From positions 186,001 through 250,000 of the forward strand of contig RSEE01000013.1 of the NCBI GenBank assembly GCA_003971905.1: a DNA stretch of 64,000 bases, in the 5' to 3' direction. A program made the position numbers and the translations under genes. Numbering within the stretch: the stretch's first letter is position 1; every line of letters starts with the position of its first letter. The DNA comes from Moniliella sp. 'wahieum' (lineage: Eukaryota). Below, piece by piece: positions 12,952-24,643 of the stretch. Below the pieces are notes generated by a model. That model did not search any database and was not told where the DNA came from. It saw only the letters and a list, made by a program, of their open reading frames with translations.

Positions 12952-14269
12952 GGCGCCTAGGGAGCAGCAGAGCAGCACCATGGGCAACTGATTGGCTGAC
13001 TAGGCGGGTGTCTGGATGAGTGCGACGCGTGACGATGCGCTGGCCTGCGTTGCCGTGTGGCTGGCTGACTACGGCGGGTCGTCTCCGCTGCCAGTCAAGT
13101 CACGGCAGTCACCGTCCCTGTCGCCTGGCCACTCGCCCGCGCCCGCAGCCGGCCTTGTCTGCCGTCTCTGCGTCGCCTGCCTCGTCGGGCAAGCCTTGCC
13201 AGTTCCTCAGGCCTCACGCGTCACGCGTCGCGCCCTCCCTACCGGCCTTAGGCCTTACCAGCCTTCTGCCCCTCAGGCCGTCACCGTCACGGCCCGGGCC
13301 TACCAGCACCCAGCAACCACAGTCCCGCCAGACCAAAACATATCGATACCCTTGATCGTAGATACACGATGCCTTTCGTCTCTGCCCGCCGCACAATTGG
13401 GCGCACCCTACGCCACATGGGCCGGCCGGAGCCCAGCCCAACACTCGGGCCGTGCCGCGCCAGGCCACGCCAGGCCACGTCCTGCCCCGCCACGTGAACC
13501 ATCTTCTCCGACAGGGCATGTCGGCCCACTGGGACCGACACAAGCGCCTGGCCAGCCGCCTGCCGGTTGGGTATATATTGGTCTGGGGGCTGCGTGCCCA
13601 GCACCATTTCCCGCTTGGCGGCGATCCCAAGCCTTGCAAAGTGCTCACTGTTGCTCAGCACTCCAGGACTCAGCCTCAGCACTCCCCCAGCCGAGGCTGT
13701 GGGACGCAGGCGACCAGCCAGCCTCCCCACCCCGACCTCCGCCCGCTACACCGCTGTGGCGCCAGCGCCACGTCATCGCCTGCCTCAGGCCTCGTGCCTC
13801 CCTGCATCACATCACCCTGCCGTGTGATCGCTGCTCCCTGTGACCCGCATTGACATCACCCATCCCATTGGAAATGCCCGGGGCATCGGCATCCTCACCG
13901 GGAACCCGCGGGCACCTGACCATCCAGCACTCCATATCGCCACGAGGGTTGTTCGCATCTCTGCTATAAGCGCCAATACACGAGTTACTCCGACACTAAG
14001 CACTTGCTCCACCACACTGCGTTGGCCCATCCCAAATCCTTTCCCCCGTTTACACCTCCACCCAGCCCCGTCAATACCGTCCTCCGCATCTCCGCACCTT
14101 TTCCGTGTGTTGTATGCCGGCGGGGCCCCGCTGCGTGTGGGGCGGGTGTCAAGACGGGGATGTCACGGATGGGTTTTGACAGACCACGATCGGACTTGCT
14201 TTTGTTAGGCGTTGGTCCTTGGTCCAACCTGGAATCGGAGTGTCATGGGCGGGCCCCCGAACTGTGGAG

Positions 14270-14473
14270 TGTCAGGAGACGGGAGATGGAGGAAAGGGAG
14301 CAGCAGATGAATTGGATACATCTATGGACGGACGACTGTGGAGGTATATGTACCTCCTAAGGAAGGAGGCACAGGCGAGAGTTGGATACAGGACCTCCCA
14401 ACTGAAGAACCCCTCCATAGTGCCCATACGGGCCTAGTGGACCAAGACCCCCTAGTACCGTGTGAGTCTGGCA
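14270..14473 (-). mobile_element. Solo LTR, family A, inverted orientation
   Basis: TGTCAGGAGAC...TCTGGCA; exact TSD TGGAG (14265-14269, 14474-14478); reverse complement of the 8331-8525 element. Confidence 0.85.
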
Positions 14474-14569
14474 TGGAGTTCAACCCACAATTCACAACGC
14501 TGCTGATGCACTGCAAGTCCACATTGAGTCTCTCAAGCAGAGATTCTCTCGTCGCCGCCACAAAGCGTC

Positions 14570-15628
14570 CTTTGTGTGGGGCTCCGAGCAGGACCGAGTT
14601 TTATCCCATCTCCCCATGGCTCCGCGCCCCCTGGCATTCGGCACATTCGGGCAACGCGACGATGACCCTGCCGGCGTACTCAACCGCGTGCACCTCTTGC
14701 TCAACAACCTCTCCTTCAATCTACATTGCATACCCTTCCCGCGGGATCGACCTGTTGGCCTGCAGCCCTCGCTCAGGCCCACAGTCACCAACGCCTTGCC
14801 GCACCCGTCCTGCTCCAATGACACCCATCATCAGCGCATGTATTGCTGCTCTTTCGACGTTCCAGCCCTGCATCCCTGCGGCTGCCGGACCCATGAGGAA
14901 GAGCACATGAGCTCAGCTACTATCTCCTTTCATCTTGACTTCAATTCGACGACGCATCGCTGGCTCCTCCGCGTCTGCCGCAACGGTAAATGGGCAAGTA
15001 TCATAATGTCCGTCTCAGGAAAATGGCTACAGCCATGTCCCTCCTACTGTGGTCACTCCTCTCCCCGCCTCCTCTCGCACCTCCTCTCGCCCCATCCATC
15101 GCAGAGGACTTGCTATTGTGAGAGCCTCGGAGTCGATCGCCCCTCGCCTCCCACGGGGTGCTACGTCCTCATCCACCATCGAAGAACCTTCCTCTTCCCT
15201 GCGGGACGCCGCTGCCGCGCTTGAGCAAAACAAAAGGACGCACCTGGATACGCCTCCAGCGTTACCAAGAACTCCAAGCATGCAAGCGAAGACACACTCT
15301 ACCCCGTCGCCCGCAGGCTACCTTGTCTTCTTACTTGACTGTGTCGCATCATTGGTGCCAAGTCGTCCGCATCGCCCTCGCTTACGACGTCTGCGCCTTA
15401 CTCGTCGTACACATGTCCGGTACAAGAAATCCGCATATGCTTCCCCTCAGGTTCTCAGCCCTTCACCGACCTGACCTGCGCATTGTTGTTTCCTTTTCTC
15501 ATCCTGATCTGTGTTCCTTTGGATCGGTGGCAGGTGGCTTGTCCACTTCGTTACCATCGACTTGATCTCTGTCTACGACTTGCCCATCGTTGAAGGAGAC
15601 CCAAAGATTGCCACAGGATCAGTGGGAG
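14570..15628 (+). pseudogene. Highly decayed Ty1/copia RT/RNase H 3' remnant
   Basis: Fragments HHWCQ..LLVVHMSGTRNP (compare YHNVRQ..LVHIPGERNPAD in the intact element) and PRPLAFGTFGQ..NRVHLLL. It ends in purine tract agtgggag directly before a family-A LTR. Confidence 0.4.
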
Positions 15629-16587
15629 TGTCAGAATCAAGCCCTGCTAGGGGGCCCTTGGCTCATTAGTGTCATGGGGCGACGTCTGAGCCACCTTGCA
15701 CAGCCGCCTCCACTTCCCTATCGTCACTATCGCTTCTCGGCTTCTTTCCCTATCTCGCCTATCTCGACTCGTTTTCTCTTCTTTCGCTATCTTGACGCGG
15801 ATTGTCTTCCTATCAACAAAACCCACAACTGTCTTCGTTTCTCCGCTCGCGCTCGTCTAAAATCCAAAACACAACACATGGTTTCTTGGCTCGGTTTCTC
15901 GCCTCGTTTCTCGTCTCGGGTCCATTTTGCCCGTCTCTCGCCTGTCCCTCTCGCGCTTGGTCCTCTTTCCTTCCCTTTGACTCGTTCTCCCTTTTGCTCT
16001 GTAGACCTCTTGGTCTTGCTTGTTTCCTTTCTCTCTATAAAACCTGCCTGTTCTTAGATCCAATGATGATGGCCCAAGCCGGCGACCATTCTTTCTCCTT
16101 CACCCTTCTTCTAGGCTCTCCGCTTCTAGAAGGAACACCTCTCGCTCAGCTCGCTCGCCTCCCTCGCCCATCGGAGCAACCGCTTTCGCGTCAGCCCCTA
16201 CACACCCAACCTCTGCTCGCAGACCGCTGCACCTTTCGCAACCTCAGCTTGCAGACGCTGCTCAGGCTCTGCTCGACGCACCGCAAAGCACCACTCACGA
16301 CCCCCTTCGTTCACGCCAGTGAGCCTTGGACTTTGGATCTGAAACGCGTTCAGTCCTCCGTGAGTACCGTCTCCGATGAGCAGGGAAGGTCTCCGCCTGG
16401 GAAGCCAGCCACCCCGTCACAACTAGGCTCCAATGCGCACACCATGGCGTGATTTCCTATCAGTTGGGAGATCCTTGTCCACCTCTCGACTGACCCCCCT
16501 TGCTTCTGAGGTACATATATAATCTCCAGTCCGTCCATACATGTATCCAATCCATCTACTCCCCCTCCTCCATCCCGTCTCCTGACA
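15629..16587 (+). mobile_element. Family-A LTR (probable 3' LTR of the decayed copia), interrupted by a nested element
   Basis: tgtcagaatc..gctagggggcccttg at 15629-15669 resumes at 16422 and ends cctgaca at 16587. It has a PPT upstream and no TSD. Confidence 0.8.
15670..16421. mobile_element. 752-bp solo LTR (family B) nested in the family-A LTR
   Basis: Termini TGTCATGGGG...CCCCGTCACA (imperfect inverted repeat); TSD ATTAG/ACTAG (4 of 5 match). Removing it restores a contiguous family-A LTR. Confidence 0.75.
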
Positions 16588-16939
16588 AGGGCTCACTCCC
16601 CGTTATCGAGCTTGAACGCTATTGGCCGATCCGAAAACGGAGCCAGAGACGAGGTGAGGCATCTCAATTGGGGAGTCGGCTCGGGTGGCAAGGTTGCGTA
16701 TGTCCCCGAATGAGCAGGACTAGTGTACCTATATTAGACGCATAACCTTGAAAGGTTGGCTGGAATGGTGACGCAGATCGACAATGACAGGGTCGGACAG
16801 GTCCTGCTACAGAACAAGTCGACTCTTATAGGATCGCAGCGGCATTCCGTACAGAGGAGACTGAAAGCTGGAGGAAGATACTGATCCTGCCACCATCCCT
16901 TACACCAAGCCGAAAAAGAAAGCCATTCCCCGCCGGCAA

Positions 16940-18672
16940 CGCCGTTCCTCCGCATCTCTCCCGACCGTCGGCACCCTGCTGACGGTGTGCCCTTGCCCCT
17001 CGGACGAGCGTGAAGCAATGGCACTCTAAGTGGCCCCGGTGGCGCCAGGCCGAACACATTGAGCTTGACGGGCTCAGATCCATGGATGCCTTTGAAGAAG
17101 TGCCACGCCTCCGGCCGGAACGAAGATCTTGGGTGCCCGCACGTCTACAGTGTTGGCGTCACCCAGAGAATATGTTCCTCAAATGGAAAGCCCGTATTGT
17201 GGTTCAGGAAACCAGGAGGATACAAGTGAGGCCCAAGGCCCTCACATTCTCGAGTGGCGCAGCACATCAGTTTTCGCACCGTAGCCGTGGAGGTAAAGCG
17301 CAAGGCCTCCAGGCATATTATTTGACTGCAAGAGTGCATATCTCCATGCCCCCATTCCATATGAGGTATACGTTAAGCCTCCCGATCGTTTTCTCACCGA
17401 CAAAGCAAACGTTTGGCGACTCAAGAAGTCCCTCTATGGCCTTGCGGCCTCCGGCGCTGCGTGGCACCGCCACCTCGCCAGCAAGCTACGAGATATTGGT
17501 TTCCGCTCGACGGTAACAGAACAGGGCGTATGGATACGCAAACGAGCGAATACGACCATCATGCTGGCAATATACTGTGATGACGGAATGGTCATGGCCC
17601 CGTCCCAAGCTGCTTTTGACGCATTCATGGACGAACTCGGTCTCAACATCAAGATTGGCGACAAGGGTCCTCTCAGTAAGATGCTGGGTGTGCACTATGT
17701 TACTCGCCCTGATGGTTTTGACTGCGACCAGCGTGCATTTCTGTTAGCTTTACTCGCCCGCACCGACATGCTCGAGTGCAACCCTGTTCGTTTGCCTATC
17801 AATCCTGATACACCTCTCCCGCCACGTCCACCAGACGAAGCCCCTGCCACTGCCGCCGAGCATAAGCGCTATATATGTCGATTGTGCAGAGCCTCAGCTG
17901 GGCCGCGCAGACCTGCCGGCCCGACCTGTCATTTGTCGTACATCTCCTCAGTCGTTGGAACAAGGATCCCTCTGCTGCACACCGCAGCGCCACACAACAT
18001 GTCCTCCGCTACCTCCGTGGTACATTGGATTGGTCTCTGCTTCTCAGGATCAATCGAACGGCACCTCCTATTGCCGTATTTACCGATAGCGATTGGGGCG
18101 GCGCGACAAGGTCACACGCAAGTCGGTAACAGGGGTCGCTGTGTTTGTTTTTGGCGCCCTAGTGCACTGGCGCAGCGCCCAGCAGACCACTACGGCAATT
18201 TCAACCGCTGAAGCTGAGATGATGGCTATTAGTGAGGGCGCCCGCGACGCTCTCCGCATTCGTAACCTCATGGTCGAGCTTCAACTAGTACCTTCCAACT
18301 GTCCGGTGGATCTCTATACTATTAGCGACTCGGCTGTTGCCCTGTCAATTATCTCTCGCCCTGGTTTCATTGGACGCCTTCGTCATATGGACATTCGCAA
18401 CCATTGGTTCCGCGAGCATGTCGATTCGGGCGCATTTTGTGGCACAAGGTTCTTGGAACCGAGACCCCGCGAATGATTTTACCAAGCTCCTACCGTATAC
18501 GGTTCAACGCTCCAGTGTAGGTCGCTACCTCACGCTCACGCCGGATCCTGGTGGGGCTGAGGAGACTTCCCGCATCAAGCCCATTTTCGGCTCAGATTCC
18601 TCCTCGCCAGCTGGCTCTTGATTTGTCACTCTTCCAATCTCGTCGGATCCTAGCGTCGAGTCGTGGTGGGGC
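16940..18672 (+). pseudogene. Decayed, 5'-truncated Ty1/copia pol (RT and RNase H)
   Basis: WRQAEHIELDGL, KWKARIVV, LAIYCDDG, CRPDLSFVVHLLSR, FTDSDWGG, RKSVTG, STAEAEMMA, RHMDIRNHWFRE, PANDFTK. PPT gtggtggggc at 18663-18672. Confidence 0.9.
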
Positions 18673-18850
18673 TGTCAGCGCCATCATGCATGCAGCTGAT
18701 CACACATCACACATCGCGCTGTTCTATCCGACTCTCCCCTATGTTTTGCCCCTAACGGGCTCCTCTTTTGGAATAGATCCATCACCTCCCTCTCTCTTCT
18801 TCTCTCCGTAGGCCTTTGTCCTCGTTTTAACACCATATATTTGCACAACA
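18673..18850 (+). mobile_element. Probable 3' LTR of the decayed copia (TGTCAG...CAACA)
   Basis: Begins with TG directly after the PPT and ends in CAACA, followed by PBS-like gttatcatgccc. No second copy is present, so the right boundary is inferred. Confidence 0.55.
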
Positions 18851-19529
18851 GTTATCATGCCCTCTGATTGTCTGCGGGTTTGCACCGCGCTCTTCCCTCC
18901 CATTGAGGCCCCATCGGCCCTCCATCTCCGTTGTTTTGTCCATATGGTGGTCGCATGGAATGGCGAGGAATGTGAATGGCCAAATTCAACGCACATGCGG
19001 GGGATTACGATTATTGCTCCACGCATTCTGCGGGCCGCATGGAGGAAGACGGAAGAGAATGTGGGTGCTGGCTGGCGAGAGCGGAATGATTATAGGACAG
19101 GCTATGGCGTGCTGTGGGCGTGTGCTGAGGGGGCATCTTGAACGTTCAAGTTGAGCTTGCTGTTAGAAACGCGAAACCCGAGGCTCAGCCTAAGCTCTCG
19201 GCGCCCAGACAGATGTTGAGCCCGAGGCCCAGATCCTGAGATCTCAGAGAGCTCTCGGATGTTGAGACGCTCAGGCACATATCCAACCCTCTTTGAGCGC
19301 TTTTGAAATCTGCTGTTGACATCCGTCCTAGGACCGCGCGGACCCTGAGTCACGTGAGTCAGCTTTCATTCCTTCCGAGCTCGCACCAGTCTTCTGGACG
19401 AGTCAGTCGCAGAAGCTTCTTAGTCAAATACGACGTTCAGTGCTCACATTCTGTGGTAGTAGCGAGGCCGACAGAGTTACATCCTTATCTGCTCATCCCT
19501 GAGCTGGCCAAAAAACTACACCCACAACC

Positions 19530-20775
19530 ATGGGCGCCAACGCTAACACCGATCTCTCGGTCAGCGACACCACAATGGTGAACAAGCGCGATTACTGGAC
19601 ACCAACCGGTCGCGATCCGCCACCGATTGGCACCGACAACGAGGAACTCATGATGCTTTGCGCCGAAGCGCACCTGTGGTTCAAGAAGACGAACGACATC
19701 GATGTCGTTAAAGAGAAGATCAACAGAGCTATACACGACAGAGCCGAGTGGCTTGGATGGAAGGACGAACCTACGTCTATCACGACAAACTGGGTTCGAC
19801 GGGCTACGAATTTTGTGGTGCAAAACATCCACCAAATGGAAACTCAACCCAACGCAACTTTGGGGGCACCTACAGGCGCAGCCTCGCGACCCGAGTACGA
19901 CCTTTACAGATCACTACGCGAGTCTCCCACCAAGAATATCAAGTGGCCTGATCTGAACAAAGACCCGTCCGCCTACAGCGCTTGGGAAGACGAATTTCTC
20001 TTCGCGATAACAGATGCCCACCCCCACGCAAGCGACGTCGTCCAGAATGGTCGCAGCTCCCGCTACTTCACCGAGGACCTCGACAGACGCTTGCACAACC
20101 TTCTTAGGGAAGCCATGCCGTCACCCTCTTCCGGACGATCCGCACCCACCACGAAATATCATGCACCCAGGACACGCTGAACATGCTGCGTCAGCGGTAT
20201 GGATATACGCCTACCGCAAACAGAGGGCCTCTACTCATTCGCTACTTTCGGCCGACCAAGGAAACCGATCGGGTCGAGACTACCTCGACTACATGGAAGA
20301 GATCAGTGCAAGCCTGACGCGAGCGGGCATCCCACTTACGGAAGAGCAGGAACGCACTGGGATCCTACTCGGCTTACGCGACATGAGCATTCGCCAGCGT
20401 GAAGAGCGCTCGAGTCTAGACAAGTTACGGCAGGCCGTGATGGACATACCAGCCGCCACGTATCCCGGTGGAGAAAGGAAGAGAAACGGAGGCAAGCCGG
20501 TCAACGGAGGAACGCCTTGGACTCGACCCGACAGCGGGGGACGACCCACCAGCGGGGGAAAAAACTCCAGCGGGGGCAAAGCCGGCGACGACAACCTCGC
20601 GGACACAAAGACCAAGGGGCAAGACCGCACCAACCAACCCTGGCGCAGCGCGACGTCTAATAAACCTGTTGTCCCTCCGCGCAACCCAGGCCGAGCCAAC
20701 GCTCACGTCGCTCAGAGAGCGAGCTCTCCCGAGTCTGAAGTGATTGACGTTGATGCGGGCACAGCTGACTACTAG
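19530..20775 (+). CDS. gag: Copia Gag (one apparent frameshift near 20120-20180); no CCHC knuckle visible; ends in UAG
   Basis: ORFs 19530..20180 and 20014..20775; YSAWEDEF, QGNRSGRDYLDYMEEISASLTRAGIPLTEEQERTGILLGL. Confidence 0.85.
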
Positions 20776-23700
20776 GAACTCGGGGGCGAAATGCGAATCA
20801 TCCGGGCATTATATGACAGTGGGGCATTCCCATCCATTTGGAAAGACAAATCCGTCTTCACATCCATGACCCCTTGCGACGACGAGATAGAGGTTGCTAA
20901 CGGGACACATGTAAAGGCGGAAGGACGAGGCACGGCCACAATCCGTATCCGATGCTTAGGAGGACACCAAATGGAGATAAAACTCCCCAACAGCCTATAC
21001 ATGCCCCGTTTCAGCCGAAATCTCGTCAGTGTAGCACACCTGTCGAACACCGGAATCGCATCATACTTCGCCCCACACCAGAAGGGTATCTGGCTTGGTA
21101 ACCCAGGATCCACCCTACGAAAAGTAACCGGCAGTGACTATCAATTCACGATCTTACACAACCCGCGAACGCCACCCACACCCCTGCGGGCCATGGCGAC
21201 CAAACCGATCAAACCGGCCGACCCACCCTCAACCCCAAACTCCCTCGCAGCATCCCTGGCCCTGGACCACGTCTCTAAAGCCCACAAACGCTGGAACCAC
21301 GCAGCCATCGACCTCCTCCCCTGGCTTACACGATCGGAAACCGCAGGCCCGCGTCACAGCCAAGCATATCTCCCTCTGTCGTTCAGAGTGGGATTGCCCA
21401 ACATGCGCGGTGGCACTAGCGACAGCATCGCCCCATCCGAGCCGGGACCGCCTCCGATCCAAAAGACCTTTCGAGGTCCTCCACGTCGACGTAGTAGACC
21501 TCCCCCGGGTAACCGGCATGGGGCACGGATACGCCCTCGTCGCGTTGATGACTTCACGCGGTACGTCTTCACCACAGCGATCCCGACAAAGGGCGCTGCA
21601 ACGAAGGAACTGCGGAACCTCATATTGCGGGAGCAACGCTACGGCCCGGACAGACTGCTGCGGACTTTGCGCACGGACAACGCCCCCGAATTGACAAGCG
21701 CACTGCAACCTTTCTGGACGAGCAAGGCATCACGTCAGAACGGACAATCCCGGGGCAGAGTGCTGCAACGGTGGGCTGAGCGTGCCATCCGAACCATAAC
21801 GACTCGTGCAAGGCAGTTGCTCTTGGGTACAGGTCTTCCGACGTCGGACTGGTGGGAACACAGCCTCCACGCTGCGTGCTTCACCCAAAACCAAATGCCA
21901 CTCAAAACATCCGGGGAAGACAACAAATCGCGATTTGAGCGATACAAAGGCCACGCATACTCGTACCGATGCAACCCTTTGGCCGCGTTGCATACCTCCA
22001 TCTGCCCGAGTCACGCCGCGAGCACAAGCTCAGCGCGCGGGCAGAGGAAGGTGCTGGTAGGATACCACCATCAGCGCGGATCAAAGGGATGGCTCTTCGC
22101 CATACCAACCATCCCTGGGTACCTTCACCTACCGCTGGTCGAAACCGTACAAATGGGGCAACGCCATCTAACCCCATCTCCACCCCGACCACTTCCCACC
22201 CGACATCTCCAAATCACCTCAAATTAAAATCGACAGTGAAAAAGACGCTAACCCTACTCCGCGCCGCGGCAGCACCCATGCCCCGAACCGCCGCCACACC
22301 CCAGACACCCGCTCCCACCACCCACCCCCCCTCCGCGCCGCTACCCCCTCCGCCAGCGCACCACCCGCACCTCCCTCGACCTGCACACACTCCCAATCGC
22401 TGACGACCCCACCGACACGACCTACCATGCTCGTGCTGCAGCCGCCACGCCCCACTGCGCCGCACCAGAGATCGGCATCGCCCGCCCCCTACCTGACACA
22501 TCCGCCCCCCCGTTTGCCGACACAGTTCAACCTCCCGAATACGCCGCCATGACTGCTCTCAGCGCACCCATCCACCCGGACACGGTTCAGCTCACCAAGG
22601 ATGGCGTACCCCTCGCTCCCAAGACGCTCAAGGGTCTCGAGACTCACCCCTCCTTTGCCATGGTCAAGCAGGCTATGGCCGACGAGGTGGCCACACTCGC
22701 GCGATACGGCACCTACGAGGCTACGTACCCACCACCGGGTGCACAAATCCTCATAGGACTATGGCGCATCACCACAAAGACGGACGCCGAGGGCCGGTTC
22801 CTGCGCCACCGCGCGCGCTTTGTCGCGGGCGGACACCAACAATCGGCCGAGACTTGGGGCCAGACGTTCGCACCATCGGTGCGCACACCTGCCATCCTGA
22901 CCCTCGTCGTGCTGGCCGAGAAGTATAAGTTTGGCCTCTTCTCGGCGGACGTCAATGCAGCGTACCTGAACGCCCCCCTCGAAGAAGCAGTCTACATCCG
23001 CCCACCCCCTACTTCCCCGAAGCGGGTGGTCGCGTGTGGCGTCTCAAGAAGAGTCTATACGGGCTACATCAGAGCGGAGCAAACTGGGCACGATACATCC
23101 GGAACCTGCTGCGTGACAAGCTCGGCTTCACGCAAAGCTTGACCGAGCCCTGCTTGTTCGTGCGCGCTGCACCACCGGGTGAGCAGATCCTCCTGGCGGT
23201 CCACACCGACGATCTGCTCCTCGCATGCAAGTCACACCAAAAGTACGAGGAGTTTATGGCCGAGATAAACACACACATTGATGTTCGTGGTAACGGTCCC
23301 CTTCACTACCACCTGGGATGCCAATACGATCGGATCGGTGGGGAGCTGTACCTGAGCCAACCAAAGTTCATCGAGGAAGTGGTGGCAAAGCACCACATCA
23401 AAGCCCCGTGGATCCGGACTCTCCCACATCCCGTACGGATGATACCGCCCCGTGCCGACCCTGAACCCCCATCCCTCCCAGCCTTGCGCAAGGCATATCA
23501 GGGGAAGATCGGATCGGGACTGTGGGCTGCACGAATGGGCCGGCCTGACTCCCTCTTCGCTATCACGGCCCTCAGCAGAGCCGCTGCCGACCCATCGCAG
23601 CAGCATCATCAAGCAGTCGATGACTTCCTTCGCTACCTGTACCATACTCGAGGAAAGGGCCTGAGGTTGACCCCAACATCAGATGCACCGGCCATTGCGC

Positions 23701-24203
23701 TGTATACAGATTCCGACTTGGCGGGAGATCCCATCCAGGCACGCTCCACATCTGGATGCCTACTGATGGTGTACGGTGTGCCGGTGTCGTGGCGATCCAT
23801 TCTTCAGCCGAAGAGCGTTACCAGTACCGCCGCCGCCGAATATACGGCAGGATATGATGGACTGGTTGACGCCAACTATGTCAAGAACATCATGATCGAG
23901 CTTGGGGCCATCGGCGAGGGTACACCCATTCATTGGTATTGCGACAATAAGTCTGTCGTCGATCTCGCCCACAAATTTGGCAGCACCGGCAAGCTCCGAG
24001 AGCTGAAGATCCGGTACCACAATGTACGGCAACACGTGGACTCGGGCGAGGCCATACTTGTACACATCCCCGGCGAAAGGAACCCAGCGGACGTCCTCAC
24101 CAAGCCTCTCGGCCGTCCCGCCCTGACAAGCCATCTTGCTCAACTCCGCGTCGAGGAGATGGATCCAGTCCACATGACTGGGCCCTCCGGTCAGCGGGGG
24201 TGA
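20776..24203 (+). CDS. pol: Copia Pol (protease, integrase, RT, RNase H); several apparent assembly frameshifts
   Basis: PR YDSGA..IEVANG..NLVSV; IN HKRWNH..CPTC, LHVDV, VDDFTRY, LRTDNAPE, AERAIRT; RT ADVNAAYLN, LKKSLYGLHQSG, VHTDDL; RH YTDSDLAG, YCDNKS, NPADVLTK. Confidence 0.95.
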
Positions 24204-24543
24204 CATCCGTCCTAGGACCGCGCGGACCCTGAGTCACGTGAGTCAGCTTTCATTCCTTCCGAGCTCGCACCAGTCTTCTGGACGAGTCAGTCGCAGAAGC
24301 TTCTTAGTCCAATACGACGTTCAGTGCTCACATTCTGTGGTAGTAGCGAGGCCGACATCTGCCCTCTGACTTGGCTCGCATCCATATCACCCACCCATTC
24401 CGATGCGGGGTATCATATTCACACTTGACGCGCTGCCCTTGAACGTGAAACGCCTTCTGGCAATACCAACGCGTCATGCGTAACTGGCAACAGATGTGCA
24501 TGCAACTCTGCAACCCGCGCCAAGTGCTCGGCAGTTCTTCCGG

Positions 24544-24643
24544 TGGGGTGGAGAGTGGGGTGGGTGGGGTGGCCGGTGGGGTGGCCGGTGGGGTGGCCGG
24601 TGGGGTGGCCGGTGGGTGGCCGGTGGGGTGGCCGGTGGGTGGC
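24544..24643. repeat. G-rich minisatellite (GGTGGGGTGGCC)n
   Basis: About six tandem, partly imperfect copies read directly. Confidence 0.85.

Larger units (their letters stand above)
19314..24357 (+). mobile_element. Full-length, young Ty1/copia LTR retrotransposon (~5.0 kb)
   Basis: LTRs 19314-19473 and 24201-24357 differ by one substitution and a 3-nt gap at the left end. Exact TSD TCTGC (19309-19313, 24358-24362). Domain order gag-PR-IN-RT-RH; PPT cagcggggg. Confidence 0.97.
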
